Shown: one piece after another, positions 21,372 through 31,410 of the stretch
Position numbering within the stretch: position 1 is the first letter of the stretch
How the letters are laid out: every line of letters starts with the position of its first letter
Assembly: GCA_947477745.1 (NCBI GenBank)
Contig: CANJUF010000006.1
Location: 29,424-93,423 of the forward strand
Direction of reading: 5' to 3'
Origin: Sphingomonadaceae bacterium
Lineage (GTDB): Bacteria > Pseudomonadota > Alphaproteobacteria > Sphingomonadales > Sphingomonadaceae
DNA: 64,000 bases
Notes under the pieces: model-generated
Told to the model about the DNA's origin: nothing
The model's input: only the letters and a program-made list of their open reading frames with translations
Databases searched by the model: none
Made by a program: the position numbers and the translations under genes

Positions 21372-23558
21372 CTATTTCCCGCCCATCTGCCACAGGATGA
21401 AGGCGTATTCCTCGGCGTCCTCGCGCAGCGATTCGAACCGGCCCGACTTGCCGCCGTGGCCCGCGCCCATGTTGGTCTTCAAGAGCAGCTCGTTGTCGTC
21501 GGTCTTCATCTCGCGCAGCCGCGCCACCCATTTCGCCGGTTCCCAATAGGTCACGCGGGGATCGTTGAGCCCGGCGGTCACCAGCATCGGCGGGTAGGCC
21601 TGGCGGCGCACGTTGTCATAGGGGCTGTAGGCGCGGATCGTCTCGAATGCCTCCTTGTCCTCGATCGGGTTGCCCCATTCGGGCCATTCGCCCGGCGTCA
21701 GCGGCAGCGAAGCATCGAGCATGGTGTTGAGCACGTCGACGAAAGGCACTTGGGCCACCACCGCGCCGAACAGGCCGGGATCGGAATTGACCACCGCGCC
21801 CATCAGCTCGCCGCCTGCCGATCCGCCCGAGGCGCTGATCCTGCCTTCCTTGGTATAGCCGAGCGCGGCCAGACCCTTGGCGACATCGACGAAATCGTTG
21901 AAGGTGTTGGTGCGCTGTTTCAGCTTGCCCGCCTTGTACCAGGCGCGGCCCAGATCGTCGCCGCCGCGAATGTGAGCGATGGCATAGGCAAAGCCGCGAT
22001 CGACGAGACTGAGCCGCACGGTCGAAAAGCCCGGGTCCATCGCCATACCGTAAGCGCCGTAGCCATAGAGATGGAGCGGGCCGCCCGGGCCGCCGTTGAG
22101 CGCATCGCGGTCCTTGCGCATGACCATGCTGACCGGGATCATGGTGCCGTCGCGCGCCTCGATCTCCAGCCGCTCGGTAACATATTTCGATGCATCGTAG
22201 CCCGAAGGGATCTCCTGCACCTTGAGCACCTCGAGCGTCCTTGCGGCAACGTCGTAGTCATAGGTGGTCGAAGGGCTGACCATCGATTCGTAGGACAGGC
22301 GCAGCTTGGTCACCGCCCATTCGGGATTGTCGGCAAGGCCCGCGACATAGCTCGCCTCGGGGAACCGGATCGGTTCGATCCGCGCCGGATCGCCGTAATA
22401 GCGCACTTCGATCTGATCGAGGCCGTGGCGGCGGCCCTCGATCACGTAAAAGTCCTTAAACAGCGAAAACCCGGTCATGTAGAATTCGTCCGAACCGGCG
22501 ATCAGCGTGGTCCACTGCGACGGCGCGGCAAGCGGCGCGGTCGCCAGCCGGAAATTCTCGTGCGTGTCGTTGGCATAGACGAACAGCGTGCCGCCCGCGC
22601 CAAGCTCGCCATTGACGTCGACGGCATATTCAAGCCCCTTCTGGCGCGCGCGCACCAGCAGCGGCTTGGCAAGGGGATCGGCGGCGGGAACCATGCGCAC
22701 TTCGCTGGTCTCGTGGTCGCCGGCAGAAATGATCACCCACTTTTCGTCGGAGGACAGCGATGCGCCGACCCCGAAGCCATCGTCGGGCTCGTGATAAAGC
22801 TCGACGTCCTGCGCAACCGGCTTACCCAACCAGTGCAGCCGCGCATTGTCGGTGCGCCAGTTCTCGTTGGCGAGCGAATAGACGAGACCCTTGTCGCCAG
22901 CGACCCAGACCAGCGAGGAAAGCGTGCCGGGGATCGTGTCGCGCAGCAGCTTACCGGTGGCGAGGTCCTTGATCCTGACCGTGTAGCGTTCCGACCCGTT
23001 GTCGTCGGACGAATAGGCGAGCAGCTTGCCGTCCTGGCTGACCGACAGCGCGCCTAGCCGGAAGAACTTCTTGCCCTTGGCCAGTGCGGGCTCATCGAGG
23101 ATCAGCTGGTCGGCGCTGCCGTCCGCGGCAGAGCCGACCGGGCGGCGCCACCATTTCTTGTATTCGGCGCCTTGCTCGTATTCGACCCAGTAAACCCAGT
23201 CGCCATCCTTCTGCGGGGTGCTTTTGTCGGCTTCCTTGATGCGCCCGCGCATCTCCTTGAAAAGGGCTTCGACCGTGTCCTTCTGCGAGGCCATGCGCGC
23301 TTCGAACCAGGCGTTCTCGGCCTTGAGGTGGTCGAGCACTTCCTTGTCGTCGACCGTCGGATAGGATCTGTCGCGCAGCCAGTCATAGGGATCGGACAGG
23401 GTCACGCCGTGATGGGTGGCGACATGTTCGCGTTTTTGGGCGACTGGCGGCGCGCTCGGGATTGGCTTGGGCAACTGGGTGGGTTCCTCGGCTTGGGCGG
23501 GCAGGCTCGCCATCCCGGCAAGCAGGACGGCGGCGATCAGGGCGAACAGCGGCTTCAC
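21372..23558 (-). CDS. ptrB: S9 family oligopeptidase B
   Basis: DPYDWLRD, YGYGAYG, HIRGG, GGSAGG, GLNDPRV, GAGHGG. GTG start with signal peptide. Confidence 0.93.
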   Translation of the reverse strand: MKPLFALIAAVLLAGMASLPAQAEEPTQLPKPIPSAPPVAQKREHVATHHGVTLSDPYDWLRDRSYPTVDDKEVLDHLKAENAWFEARMASQKDTVEALFKEMRGRIKEADKSTPQKDGDWVYWVEYEQGAEYKKWWRRPVGSAADGSADQLILDEPALAKGKKFFRLGALSVSQDGKLLAYSSDDNGSERYTVRIKDLATGKLLRDTIPGTLSSLVWVAGDKGLVYSLANENWRTDNARLHWLGKPVAQDVELYHEPDDGFGVGASLSSDEKWVIISAGDHETSEVRMVPAADPLAKPLLVRARQKGLEYAVDVNGELGAGGTLFVYANDTHENFRLATAPLAAPSQWTTLIAGSDEFYMTGFSLFKDFYVIEGRRHGLDQIEVRYYGDPARIEPIRFPEASYVAGLADNPEWAVTKLRLSYESMVSPSTTYDYDVAARTLEVLKVQEIPSGYDASKYVTERLEIEARDGTMIPVSMVMRKDRDALNGGPGGPLHLYGYGAYGMAMDPGFSTVRLSLVDRGFAYAIAHIRGGDDLGRAWYKAGKLKQRTNTFNDFVDVAKGLAALGYTKEGRISASGGSAGGELMGAVVNSDPGLFGAVVAQVPFVDVLNTMLDASLPLTPGEWPEWGNPIEDKEAFETIRAYSPYDNVRRQAYPPMLVTAGLNDPRVTYWEPAKWVARLREMKTDDNELLLKTNMGAGHGGKSGRFESLREDAEEYAFILWQMGGK

Positions 23559-23659
23559 GAAAATGCCATTCCTTTCGCCGCAGGCCTTTGCTGGCGCGGC
23601 TTGGCGGTGATACCTATGTCTCGCCAGACATGACGGCAAGCCCGGACGGAACACAATCG

Positions 23660-25504
23660 ATGCTGATGAGCACTCACGGATCGCGCCTCGAGGCGCTGCG
23701 CAAGGAACTGCAGCGGCAAGGGCTGGACGGCTTCGTCGTGCCGATCTCGGACGAGCACATGAGCGAATATGTCGGCGCCTATGCGCAGCGGCTCGCCTGG
23801 TTGACCGGCTTCGGCGGATCGGCGGGAACCGCAGTCGTACTGACCGACGCGATGCGCGATCCGGCAGCCGCGATGTTCGTCGACGGGCGCTATACCCTGC
23901 AGGTCCGCGATCAGGTCGATGGCGCGCTGTGGTCATACGAAAGCGTGCCCGAGACCAGCGTCGCCAAGTGGCTGGGCGACCATGCGCCCGAGGGCGCACG
24001 GATCGGCTATGATCCGTGGCTGCACGGCAAGAACTGGGTCAAGGCGGTCTCGGAAGCCCTGGCGAAAAACGGCGGCGAACTGGTTGCGGTCACGGCCAAT
24101 CCGGTTGACGCGGTTTGGGCCGACCGGCCCGCGCCCTCGCCAGCCACCGCGCTGGTCCATGACGAGAGCCATGCCGGCCGCTCCAGCGCCGAAAAGCGGG
24201 GCGATCTTGCAGCGTGGCTCGAAGCGGAAAAGCTCGACGCCGCGGTGATCTGCGCGCTCGATTCGCTGGCTTGGCTGTTCAACATTCGCGGAAGCGACAT
24301 CGAGCGAACGCCGGTGGTGCTCGCCAATGCTGTTGTCCATGCGGGCGGGCAGGCAGAACTGTTCATCGCGCCGGGCAAGGTCACGAGCGAGCTTCGCGCG
24401 CATCTCGGCAATGTGGTGACGCTGCGTCCGGCAGAGGATTTTGCCGATGCCCTGGCCACACTGGCGGGCAAGCGGGTCGCCGCCGATCCCGATTCGTGCG
24501 TGGCGGCAGTGTTCGGCCTGCTTGGCGATGCAGGTGCGGAGGTGATCGAAAAGCCCGATCCCTGCGCGCTGCCCAAGGCGATCAAGAATGCAGCCGAGCA
24601 AGCAGGGCACCGCGCGGCACAGGCTCGCGACGGCGCGGCGCTCTCGCGCTTCCTGCACTGGCTTTCAGTCGAAGCGCCGGGCGGCAGCCTGACCGAACTG
24701 GCTGCGGCGGACAGGTTGCAGGCTTTCCGAGAGGCCACGGGCATGCTGCGCGACCTTTCGTTCGACACCATTTCGGGAAGCGGCCCCAATGGCGCGATTG
24801 TCCATTACCGCGTCAGCGAGGAAACCAACCGCACGCTCGAACCGGGCAGCGTGTTCCTGCTCGATTCGGGCGGCCAGTATCCCGACGGGACCACCGACGT
24901 CACCCGCACCGTGTGGATCGCCGGACCGGACGAGCCACCTGCCGAGGTCCGGGACCGCTTCACCCGGGTGCTCAAGGGCCACATCGCGCTGGCGCTCGCG
25001 GTATTTCCCAGGGGCACCAAGGGAAGCCAGCTCGATGTGCTCGCCCGCCAGCACTTGTGGCAGGGCGGCGTCGACTATGCCCACGGCACCGGCCACGGCG
25101 TCGGCAGCTTCCTCTCGGTCCACGAAGGGCCGCAGCGCATCGCCAAGACCGGCGGCGCACAGCCGGGCGGCGAGCAGGAATTGCTCGCGGGCATGATCCT
25201 TTCGAACGAGCCAGGTTATTACCGCACCGGCGCATACGGCATCCGCATCGAGAACCTGCTACTGGTCGAGCCGCGCGAGATTGCGGGCGCGGAAGGTGAC
25301 TGGCTCGGCTTCGAGACTCTGACGCTGGCCCCGATCGAGGCGCGGCTGGTCGACTGGTCGATCATGACGCCGGGCGAGATCGATTGGTGGAACCGCTATC
25401 ATGCGCGGGTGCTGGACGTGATCGGTCCGCAGCTTGGGGGCGAAGCGCGCGCTTGGCTCGAGGCGCAGTGCGCGGCGGTCGCCCTTCAGATGACACCGGT
25501 ATGA
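23660..25504 (+). CDS. Xaa-Pro aminopeptidase (M24 aminopeptidase P family)
   Basis: DEHMSEY, FVDGRYTLQ, SFDTISGSG, DSGGQY.DGTTDVTRT, HGTGHGVG, SNEPGYY, GIRIENL. Confidence 0.94.
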   Translation: MLMSTHGSRLEALRKELQRQGLDGFVVPISDEHMSEYVGAYAQRLAWLTGFGGSAGTAVVLTDAMRDPAAAMFVDGRYTLQVRDQVDGALWSYESVPETSVAKWLGDHAPEGARIGYDPWLHGKNWVKAVSEALAKNGGELVAVTANPVDAVWADRPAPSPATALVHDESHAGRSSAEKRGDLAAWLEAEKLDAAVICALDSLAWLFNIRGSDIERTPVVLANAVVHAGGQAELFIAPGKVTSELRAHLGNVVTLRPAEDFADALATLAGKRVAADPDSCVAAVFGLLGDAGAEVIEKPDPCALPKAIKNAAEQAGHRAAQARDGAALSRFLHWLSVEAPGGSLTELAAADRLQAFREATGMLRDLSFDTISGSGPNGAIVHYRVSEETNRTLEPGSVFLLDSGGQYPDGTTDVTRTVWIAGPDEPPAEVRDRFTRVLKGHIALALAVFPRGTKGSQLDVLARQHLWQGGVDYAHGTGHGVGSFLSVHEGPQRIAKTGGAQPGGEQELLAGMILSNEPGYYRTGAYGIRIENLLLVEPREIAGAEGDWLGFETLTLAPIEARLVDWSIMTPGEIDWWNRYHARVLDVIGPQLGGEARAWLEAQCAAVALQMTPV

Positions 25505-25520
25505 ATGCGGTGCCGTTTCT

Positions 25521-25569
25521 GCGACAAATTGCGACAATTTCGGCGCATTGCGGCATAACTGCGCGACAA
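25521..25569 (+). promoter_or_regulatory. GCGACAA direct repeats, putative OmpR-family binding sites
   Basis: GCGACAA at 25521 and 25531 (10-bp period) and at 25563, upstream of the EF-hand/RR/HK operon. Confidence 0.5.
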
Positions 25570-25591
25570 TCGAAGCCTAGATCAGTGACAA

Positions 25592-25649
25592 GAAAGCCGC
25601 AGGGTAATGGCTCCCCTCCCCTTCCCCCGCCTCCTGCGGCTTTCGATTT
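25592..25649 (+). other. 12-bp perfect hairpin with a 29-nt C-rich loop
   Basis: GAAAGCCGCAGG (25592-25603) / CCTGCGGCTTTC (25633-25644), followed by GATTTTT. Confidence 0.55.
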
Positions 25650-25671
25650 TTCCCCCGCACTGGAGATTGAA

Positions 25672-26265
25672 ATGGTGAAAAAGCACCTGGTTATCGGCTT
25701 TTCGGCGCTCGCCCTTGTGGCTGGCGGAGGCGCCGCTCTGGCGCACAATCACGGCGGCGGCATGAAGGTCGACGCCGACGGCAATGGCGTTCTCACCCGC
25801 GCCGAGGCGGAAACCGGTGCGTCCGCAATGTTTGCAAAAATGGACGCCGACGGCAATGGCGCGATCACTCCGGCGGACCACGAAGCGCGCATGTCTGCTC
25901 ACCGCGCCGAAATGTTCGCGATGATCGATACCGACAAGAACGGCCAGATCAGCCGCGCCGAATTCATGCCCCCCCGGCCCGAGGGCAAGCGCGGCGGCAT
26001 GCACCAGGGCATGGGCGGCGGCGGTCATGGCAAGATGGGCATGCGCGGCCACGGCAAGATGATGGCGTCCATGGCCGATGCGAACAGCGACGGCAGCATT
26101 TCCAAGGCTGAGTTCACTGCCGCTGCGCTGAGCCATTTCGACAAGGCGGACACCAACAAGGATGGCCAGGTGAGCGCCGATGAGCACAAGGCCATGCGCG
26201 AACAGATGCATGAGCAGATGCGCGGCAAGATGAACGAGATGAATCACGATCACGCCGAGAGCTGA
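25672..26265 (+). CDS. Secreted EF-hand repeat protein
   Basis: Signal peptide; DADGNGVLT, DADGNGAIT, DTDKNGQIS, DANSDGSIS and DTNKDGQVS loops; GGAGA RBS. Confidence 0.9.
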   Translation: MVKKHLVIGFSALALVAGGGAALAHNHGGGMKVDADGNGVLTRAEAETGASAMFAKMDADGNGAITPADHEARMSAHRAEMFAMIDTDKNGQISRAEFMPPRPEGKRGGMHQGMGGGGHGKMGMRGHGKMMASMADANSDGSISKAEFTAAALSHFDKADTNKDGQVSADEHKAMREQMHEQMRGKMNEMNHDHAES

Positions 26266-26267
26266 GC

Positions 26268-27020
26268 GTGCCGGGCAGCGACCGGATGAACGAGGACGAC
26301 CCGCCTCTCGTGCTGCTCGTCGATGACGAGGATACGCTTCGCATTCCCCTGGCCGAGTATCTCTCGCGCCAGGGGTTTCGCGTAACCGAGGCGGACAATG
26401 CTGCCCGCGCGCGCGCGGTGCTGCGCGACGAGGCGCCCGATCTGGTGCTGCTCGACATCATGATGCCCGGCGAGGACGGCTTGTCGCTGTGCCGCCATGT
26501 GGTCGAGGCGCGGGACATTCCGGTAATCCTGCTGACCGCGAAAGGCGAGGCGACCGACCGCATCGTCGGCCTCGAAATCGGCGCGGACGATTATGTCGTC
26601 AAGCCGTTCGAGCCGCGCGAACTGGTCGCGCGCATCCGCAGCGTGCTGCGCCGCGCCGGACGCAGTGCACCGCCCGCCGAAGACAATGAATGCTATGAGT
26701 TCGAGGGCTGGCGGCTCGATCCGCTCAAGCGCCGCCTCACCGATCCCGAGGGCGCGGTCGTGCCGATCTCCTCGGCTGAATTCCGGTTGCTTTCCGCGCT
26801 ACTCGATCGTCCGCGCCAGGTAATGGACCGCGACCGTCTGCTCGATCTGGTCCAGGGCCGGGAGGCGCACCTGTTCGACCGTGCGGTCGATAACCAGATC
26901 AGCCGGCTGCGGCGCAAGATCGAAGCCGACAGCCGCAATCCGCAGCTTATCCAGACCGTCTGGGGCGGCGGCTACATGCTCGCCGCCGACGTGCGGCGCG
27001 TTCTTCGCGAAGCCAGCTGA
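26268..27020 (+). CDS. OmpR-family response regulator
   Basis: LLVDDE, LLDIMMPGEDG, GADDYVVKPF, RAVDNQISRLRRKIE, QTVWGGGY. Start may be 26286. Confidence 0.95.
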   Translation: MPGSDRMNEDDPPLVLLVDDEDTLRIPLAEYLSRQGFRVTEADNAARARAVLRDEAPDLVLLDIMMPGEDGLSLCRHVVEARDIPVILLTAKGEATDRIVGLEIGADDYVVKPFEPRELVARIRSVLRRAGRSAPPAEDNECYEFEGWRLDPLKRRLTDPEGAVVPISSAEFRLLSALLDRPRQVMDRDRLLDLVQGREAHLFDRAVDNQISRLRRKIEADSRNPQLIQTVWGGGYMLAADVRRVLREAS

Positions 27021-28396
27021 TGCGGTTGTGGCCGCGTGACATGACCGGCCAGATCATGCTGGCGGTCGCGCTCGCGCTGCTGGTGGTTCAAGGTTTTGGC
27101 GCGTTTCTGGTCTATCAGGCGCAGTACGAGCGGCGCGAGGCGGATTTCGTCAACGCCGCCGCCTTCCGGATCGCGATCGAAGCCCGCGGCGGGCTGCAAG
27201 CCTTCGCCGGATCGCATGATCGGGTTTCCCGGCGGGCTTCGCGTTTCCACATGACGCGTAGCGAGCATTCCCCCCTGCGCCCGGGAGAGCCTCGCTATCC
27301 CTTCGCCGAAGACATGCTCAAGCGGGTTCTTGCCGAGCGTGAAATCGTGACGACTCACGCTGTCGTCATGCACCGCGACGTGATGGACGATCCGCCGGCC
27401 AAGGCGCGCGCCAAGCGGCGGGCGGCCTATTTCGGTCCGCGTCCCGAGCTGTTCGACGGCTCGGTGATGATCGCCGGCGTGAAAATCGAGGGCAGGGACG
27501 ACTGGCTGGTGGCGCGCGTGTGGATGCCGGGCAATCCGCAGGAACTGCTATGGCCGCTGATCGTCCAGACCCTGCTGATCTACGCCGCGCTGTTCGCCGT
27601 GCTCGCCTTGGCAATGCGCCGGATCACGCAGCCGCTCGCGCGGCTCACCCGCAGGGTGGAGGCCTTCGCGCGCACCCGCAACGCCGCCGAACGGCTCGAA
27701 CTCGAAGGGCCGGAGGATGTGCGCCGCCTGATTTCAGCGCACAATGCGATGGAGGCGCGCATCGCCTCGATGCTTGACGAGAAGGACGTGATGCTCGGCG
27801 CCATCGGCCACGATCTCAAGACCCCGCTGGCGGCGCTCAGGGTGCGCATCGAATCGGTCCCCGACGAGGCCGAACGCGCCAAGATGGCGGGCACGATCGA
27901 GGACATCGTCCACTCGCTCGACGACATTCTGTCGCTCGCTCGGGTCGGCAGGCCCGGCGACGCGTCCGAGCGGACCGAGCTGTCGGCGCTGATCGCCTCG
28001 GTGGTCGAGGAATACGAGGACATGGGCAAGCCGGTGGAACTGGCCGAAAGCGCGCGCATGGTCGTCAGCCTGCGGCCCAGCTGGCTGCGCCGGGCGCTGC
28101 GCAACCTCATCGACAACGCTCTGCGCTATGGCGGTGCCGCCCGGGTATCCCTGCACCGCGACGAGCAGGGCCTGCACATCAGGGTCGACGACGACGGCCC
28201 CGGTATCCCCGAGGCTGATCTCTGGCGCATGACCGATCCCTTCACGCGCGGCGATCCTTCGCGCAACACTGCAACCGGAGGGGCGGGGCTTGGCCTTGCC
28301 CTCGCGCGCGCGATCGCCGAGCAGCATGGCGGCTCGCTGATGCTGGCGAACCGGGCCGAAGGCGGGCTGCGGGCGGAGATCGTGCTGCCGGGGTGA
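27020..28396 (+). CDS. Sensor histidine kinase (HAMP-HisKA-HATPase)
   Basis: Two TMs, GAIGHDLKTPL, NLIDNALRYG, DDDGPGI, GGAGLGLAL. Confidence 0.95.
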   Translation: MRLWPRDMTGQIMLAVALALLVVQGFGAFLVYQAQYERREADFVNAAAFRIAIEARGGLQAFAGSHDRVSRRASRFHMTRSEHSPLRPGEPRYPFAEDMLKRVLAEREIVTTHAVVMHRDVMDDPPAKARAKRRAAYFGPRPELFDGSVMIAGVKIEGRDDWLVARVWMPGNPQELLWPLIVQTLLIYAALFAVLALAMRRITQPLARLTRRVEAFARTRNAAERLELEGPEDVRRLISAHNAMEARIASMLDEKDVMLGAIGHDLKTPLAALRVRIESVPDEAERAKMAGTIEDIVHSLDDILSLARVGRPGDASERTELSALIASVVEEYEDMGKPVELAESARMVVSLRPSWLRRALRNLIDNALRYGGAARVSLHRDEQGLHIRVDDDGPGIPEADLWRMTDPFTRGDPSRNTATGGAGLGLALARAIAEQHGGSLMLANRAEGGLRAEIVLPG

Positions 28397-28506
28397 TGGG
28401 GCATCCCGCAAGCTAGGGCTATCGCGAGATCCGAGGCTGTGAGAAAGGGCGATGGCGCGTATGCCGGCAGGGTTGGCGGCACACGCGAAGTGGGGAGATT
28501 TCGTCA

Positions 28507-29616
28507 ATGAGCCGAGTTCTCATATCGGGCGCGGGGATCGCCGGGCTGGCGCTAGCCAACAGCCTGAAGGGCTTGGGCTGGCACATCACGCTGATCGAGC
28601 AATCTCCCTCCCTGCGCGTCGGCGGTCAGGCCATCGACATTCGCGGCGTTGCGCTGGACGTCGCCAAACGGCTTGGCGTGCTGGAAGAGCTGGAACGCAG
28701 GCGGCTCAAGACTCGGGGCGTCACGATGATCGACCGCGAAGGCAATGTGATGCACGAATCGGACGAGCACACGCTGACGGGCGGATATTTTGCCGACCAG
28801 GACATCGAGGTCATTCGCGACGAGCTTGTCGAAGTGCTGTTCGAAACATTCGCTCCCGATCCGGCGCAGGTGTGGTTCTCCGATTCGATCGTCGATCTGG
28901 AACTGGACGAGAGCGGCGTCCAGGTGACGACCCAAGCCGGCAAGAGTGAGCGCTTCGACCTCGTATTCGGGGCAGACGGCATCAATTCGCCGGTGCGGCG
29001 CAGCTTGTTCGGCGCGGACCAGACGAACCTGCGCTATCTCAATCGCTGCGTTGCCAACGTCACCGTGCCCAACACGATCGGCCTCGACCTGTGGCAATAT
29101 GCCGGCTGGGAGACCGAGCCGCGCTGGATCGTCTATCCCAGCCGCGAAAACCAGGATCTCAGGGCATTCGTCCTTTATGACCGTGCCGAAGATGATCCGC
29201 CGCCTGCGAGCCGTGCGGAGCAAATGGCGCTGATCGCTTCAATGGCGGCTACACTCCCCTGGAAGGTCCCCGAAATACTGGGCGATCCGGCGCGCTACGA
29301 GCAGTTCTACTTCGGCGATCTGGCATGGGTGGACTTGCCTCGCTGGTCGCAGGGCCGCGTGGCTCTGGTGGGCGACGCTGCTCATTGCCCGACGCCCATG
29401 ACCGGCCAGGGCACCAGCCTCGCGATCGTCGGCGCTTTCGTGCTCGGGCAGGAACTGCGCCGCCATGCCGAAGATTACGCTGCTGCATTCGCGCGGTATG
29501 AGGAACGCATGCGCCCCTTCGTTGCCGCGAACCTCAAGATCCTTGATGCGCACAAGGACGATGGCGCGCGCGGCGCCATAGCTTACGCCAAGAACGCAAT
29601 TTCTCTCGACGCCTGA
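28507..29616 (+). CDS. FAD-dependent monooxygenase
   Basis: GAGIAG, FGADGINS, LVGDAAHCPTPMTGQG. Confidence 0.9.
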   Translation: MSRVLISGAGIAGLALANSLKGLGWHITLIEQSPSLRVGGQAIDIRGVALDVAKRLGVLEELERRRLKTRGVTMIDREGNVMHESDEHTLTGGYFADQDIEVIRDELVEVLFETFAPDPAQVWFSDSIVDLELDESGVQVTTQAGKSERFDLVFGADGINSPVRRSLFGADQTNLRYLNRCVANVTVPNTIGLDLWQYAGWETEPRWIVYPSRENQDLRAFVLYDRAEDDPPPASRAEQMALIASMAATLPWKVPEILGDPARYEQFYFGDLAWVDLPRWSQGRVALVGDAAHCPTPMTGQGTSLAIVGAFVLGQELRRHAEDYAAAFARYEERMRPFVAANLKILDAHKDDGARGAIAYAKNAISLDA

Positions 29617-29620
29617 TCGT

Positions 29621-31195
29621 TCAACGCATCAGGCCGCCGATCAGGTTCCTCACAAACCGCCCGACGGTCGCGCCGCCGATGCTCGTCGCGATCGAACCCG
29701 CCGCAGCGGTCGCGGCATTGCGCATCGGGCTCGACGAGGACTTGCGGCCGGAAATCTTCGCCGCGATCACCGTCGCGGCTGAACTCGCCACCGCGCCGGC
29801 AACCGCCTTGCCGGTCTTCTCCCACATCGAAGTGGTCTTGCGCGGCTGATTGCGCACTTCCTCCTCGCCTTTTTCGGCGACTTCCTGCGCGGTGGCCGCT
29901 GCATCCGACGCCTTGGCGAGCAGCACTTCCTCGGCGCTCTCACGGTCGACCGCGGTGTCATACTTCCCGTCGTGCGGGCTGATCGACTGGACGATCGCAC
30001 GCTCCTTGGGCGTCACCGGCCCCAGCCGCGAGCGCGGCGGCGCGATCAGCGTGCGCTGGACAATCGTCGGCGCGCCATCCTCGTCGAGCGTGGAGACCAG
30101 CGCCTCGCCAACCTTGAGTTCGGTGATTGCGGTCTCGACGTCGAGATCGGGATTGATGCGGAACGTCTCTGAAGCGGCCTTGATCGCCTTCTGGTCGCGC
30201 GGGGTGAAAGCGCGCAGCGCGTGCTGCACCCGGTTGCCGAGCTGGCCGGCCACTTCCTCGGGAATGTCGATCGGGTTCTGGGTGATGAAATAGATGCCCA
30301 CGCCTTTCGAGCGGATCAGCCGCACGACTTGCTCGATCTTTTCCTCCAGCGCCTTGGGCGCGTCCTCGAATAGGAGGTGCGCCTCGTCGAAGAAGAACAC
30401 GAGCTTGGGCTTGTCCGGATCGCCGGTTTCGGGAAGCGTCTCGAACAGTTCGGCAAGCAGCCACAGCAGGAAGGTGGCGTAAAGCTTGGGGCTGCGCATC
30501 AGCTTGTCGGCGGCGAGAATGTTGATGATGCCGCGGCCCTGCTCATCGCACGTGATGAAATCGTCGATCTCGAGCGCGGGCTCGCCGAAGAACTGTCCCG
30601 CGCCCTGGCTGTCGAGCGAGAGCACCTGGCGCTGGATGGTGCCGACCGACTGCTTGGAGACATTGCCATATTTGGAGGTGAAGTCCGCGGCGTTATCGGC
30701 GACATGGGAGAGCATCGCTTGCAGGTCGCCGAGATCGAGAAGCAGCATGCCCTCGTCGTCGGCATAGCGGAACACGATGTTGAGCACGCCTTCCTGCGTC
30801 TCGTTGAGGTCCATCAGCCGCGCCAGCAGCAGCGGGCCCATTTCGGAAATGGTGGTGCGGATCGGGTGGCCTTGCTCGCCGTAGAGATCCCAGAACACCG
30901 CCGGATTGTCGCGGTAGGCATAGTCGGTCAGGCCGATTTCCTTCGCGCGCGCTTCCAGTTTGTCGGCATTCTTGAAATCCGGACTGCCCGCCATGGCGAT
31001 CCCCGAAAGGTCGCCCTTCACGTCGGCGAGGAACACCGGCACCCCGGCGGCAGAGAACTGCTCGGCGATGGTTTGCAGGGTGACGGTCTTGCCGGTGCCG
31101 GTCGCTCCCGCAATCAGGCCGTGGCGGTTGGCCCGGTCGAGCCGCAGCACCTGCCGCTCGTGATCGAGACCCAGACCGAGATAGATTTCCGACAT
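29621..31195 (-). CDS. HerA-like ATPase, DUF853/YjgR family
   Basis: [45 protein letters not shown]. Confidence 0.92.
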   Translation of the reverse strand: MSEIYLGLGLDHERQVLRLDRANRHGLIAGATGTGKTVTLQTIAEQFSAAGVPVFLADVKGDLSGIAMAGSPDFKNADKLEARAKEIGLTDYAYRDNPAVFWDLYGEQGHPIRTTISEMGPLLLARLMDLNETQEGVLNIVFRYADDEGMLLLDLGDLQAMLSHVADNAADFTSKYGNVSKQSVGTIQRQVLSLDSQGAGQFFGEPALEIDDFITCDEQGRGIINILAADKLMRSPKLYATFLLWLLAELFETLPETGDPDKPKLVFFFDEAHLLFEDAPKALEEKIEQVVRLIRSKGVGIYFITQNPIDIPEEVAGQLGNRVQHALRAFTPRDQKAIKAASETFRINPDLDVETAITELKVGEALVSTLDEDGAPTIVQRTLIAPPRSRLGPVTPKERAIVQSISPHDGKYDTAVDRESAEEVLLAKASDAAATAQEVAEKGEEEVRNQPRKTTSMWEKTGKAVAGAVASSAATVIAAKISGRKSSSSPMRNAATAAAGSIATSIGGATVGRFVRNLIGGLMR

Positions 31196-31312
31196 GCTAG
31201 CGCACTCCCTCGCCGCCCACTGGCCCGCTTGATAGGCACGCGGCCCCGCCAAGGCGAGAGGCATTTTGCATGCCGCCGAAAAGCGCGCTACTGCTTCGAT
31301 TTCACGCGACTT

Positions 31313-31395
31313 CGTCATTGCCAGGCTGAAAGCCGAAGCAATCCAGGGCAGTCGGTTGCTCCGCTCTGGATTGCTTCGCTACGCTCGCAATGACG
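31313..31395. repeat. CGTC-tagged REP-like palindrome
   Basis: CGTCATTGC/GCAATGACG outer arms and CGAAGCAATCCAG/CTGGATTGCTTCG inner arms. Confidence 0.8.
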
Positions 31396-31410
31396 AATCT
31401 AACTAACAAT

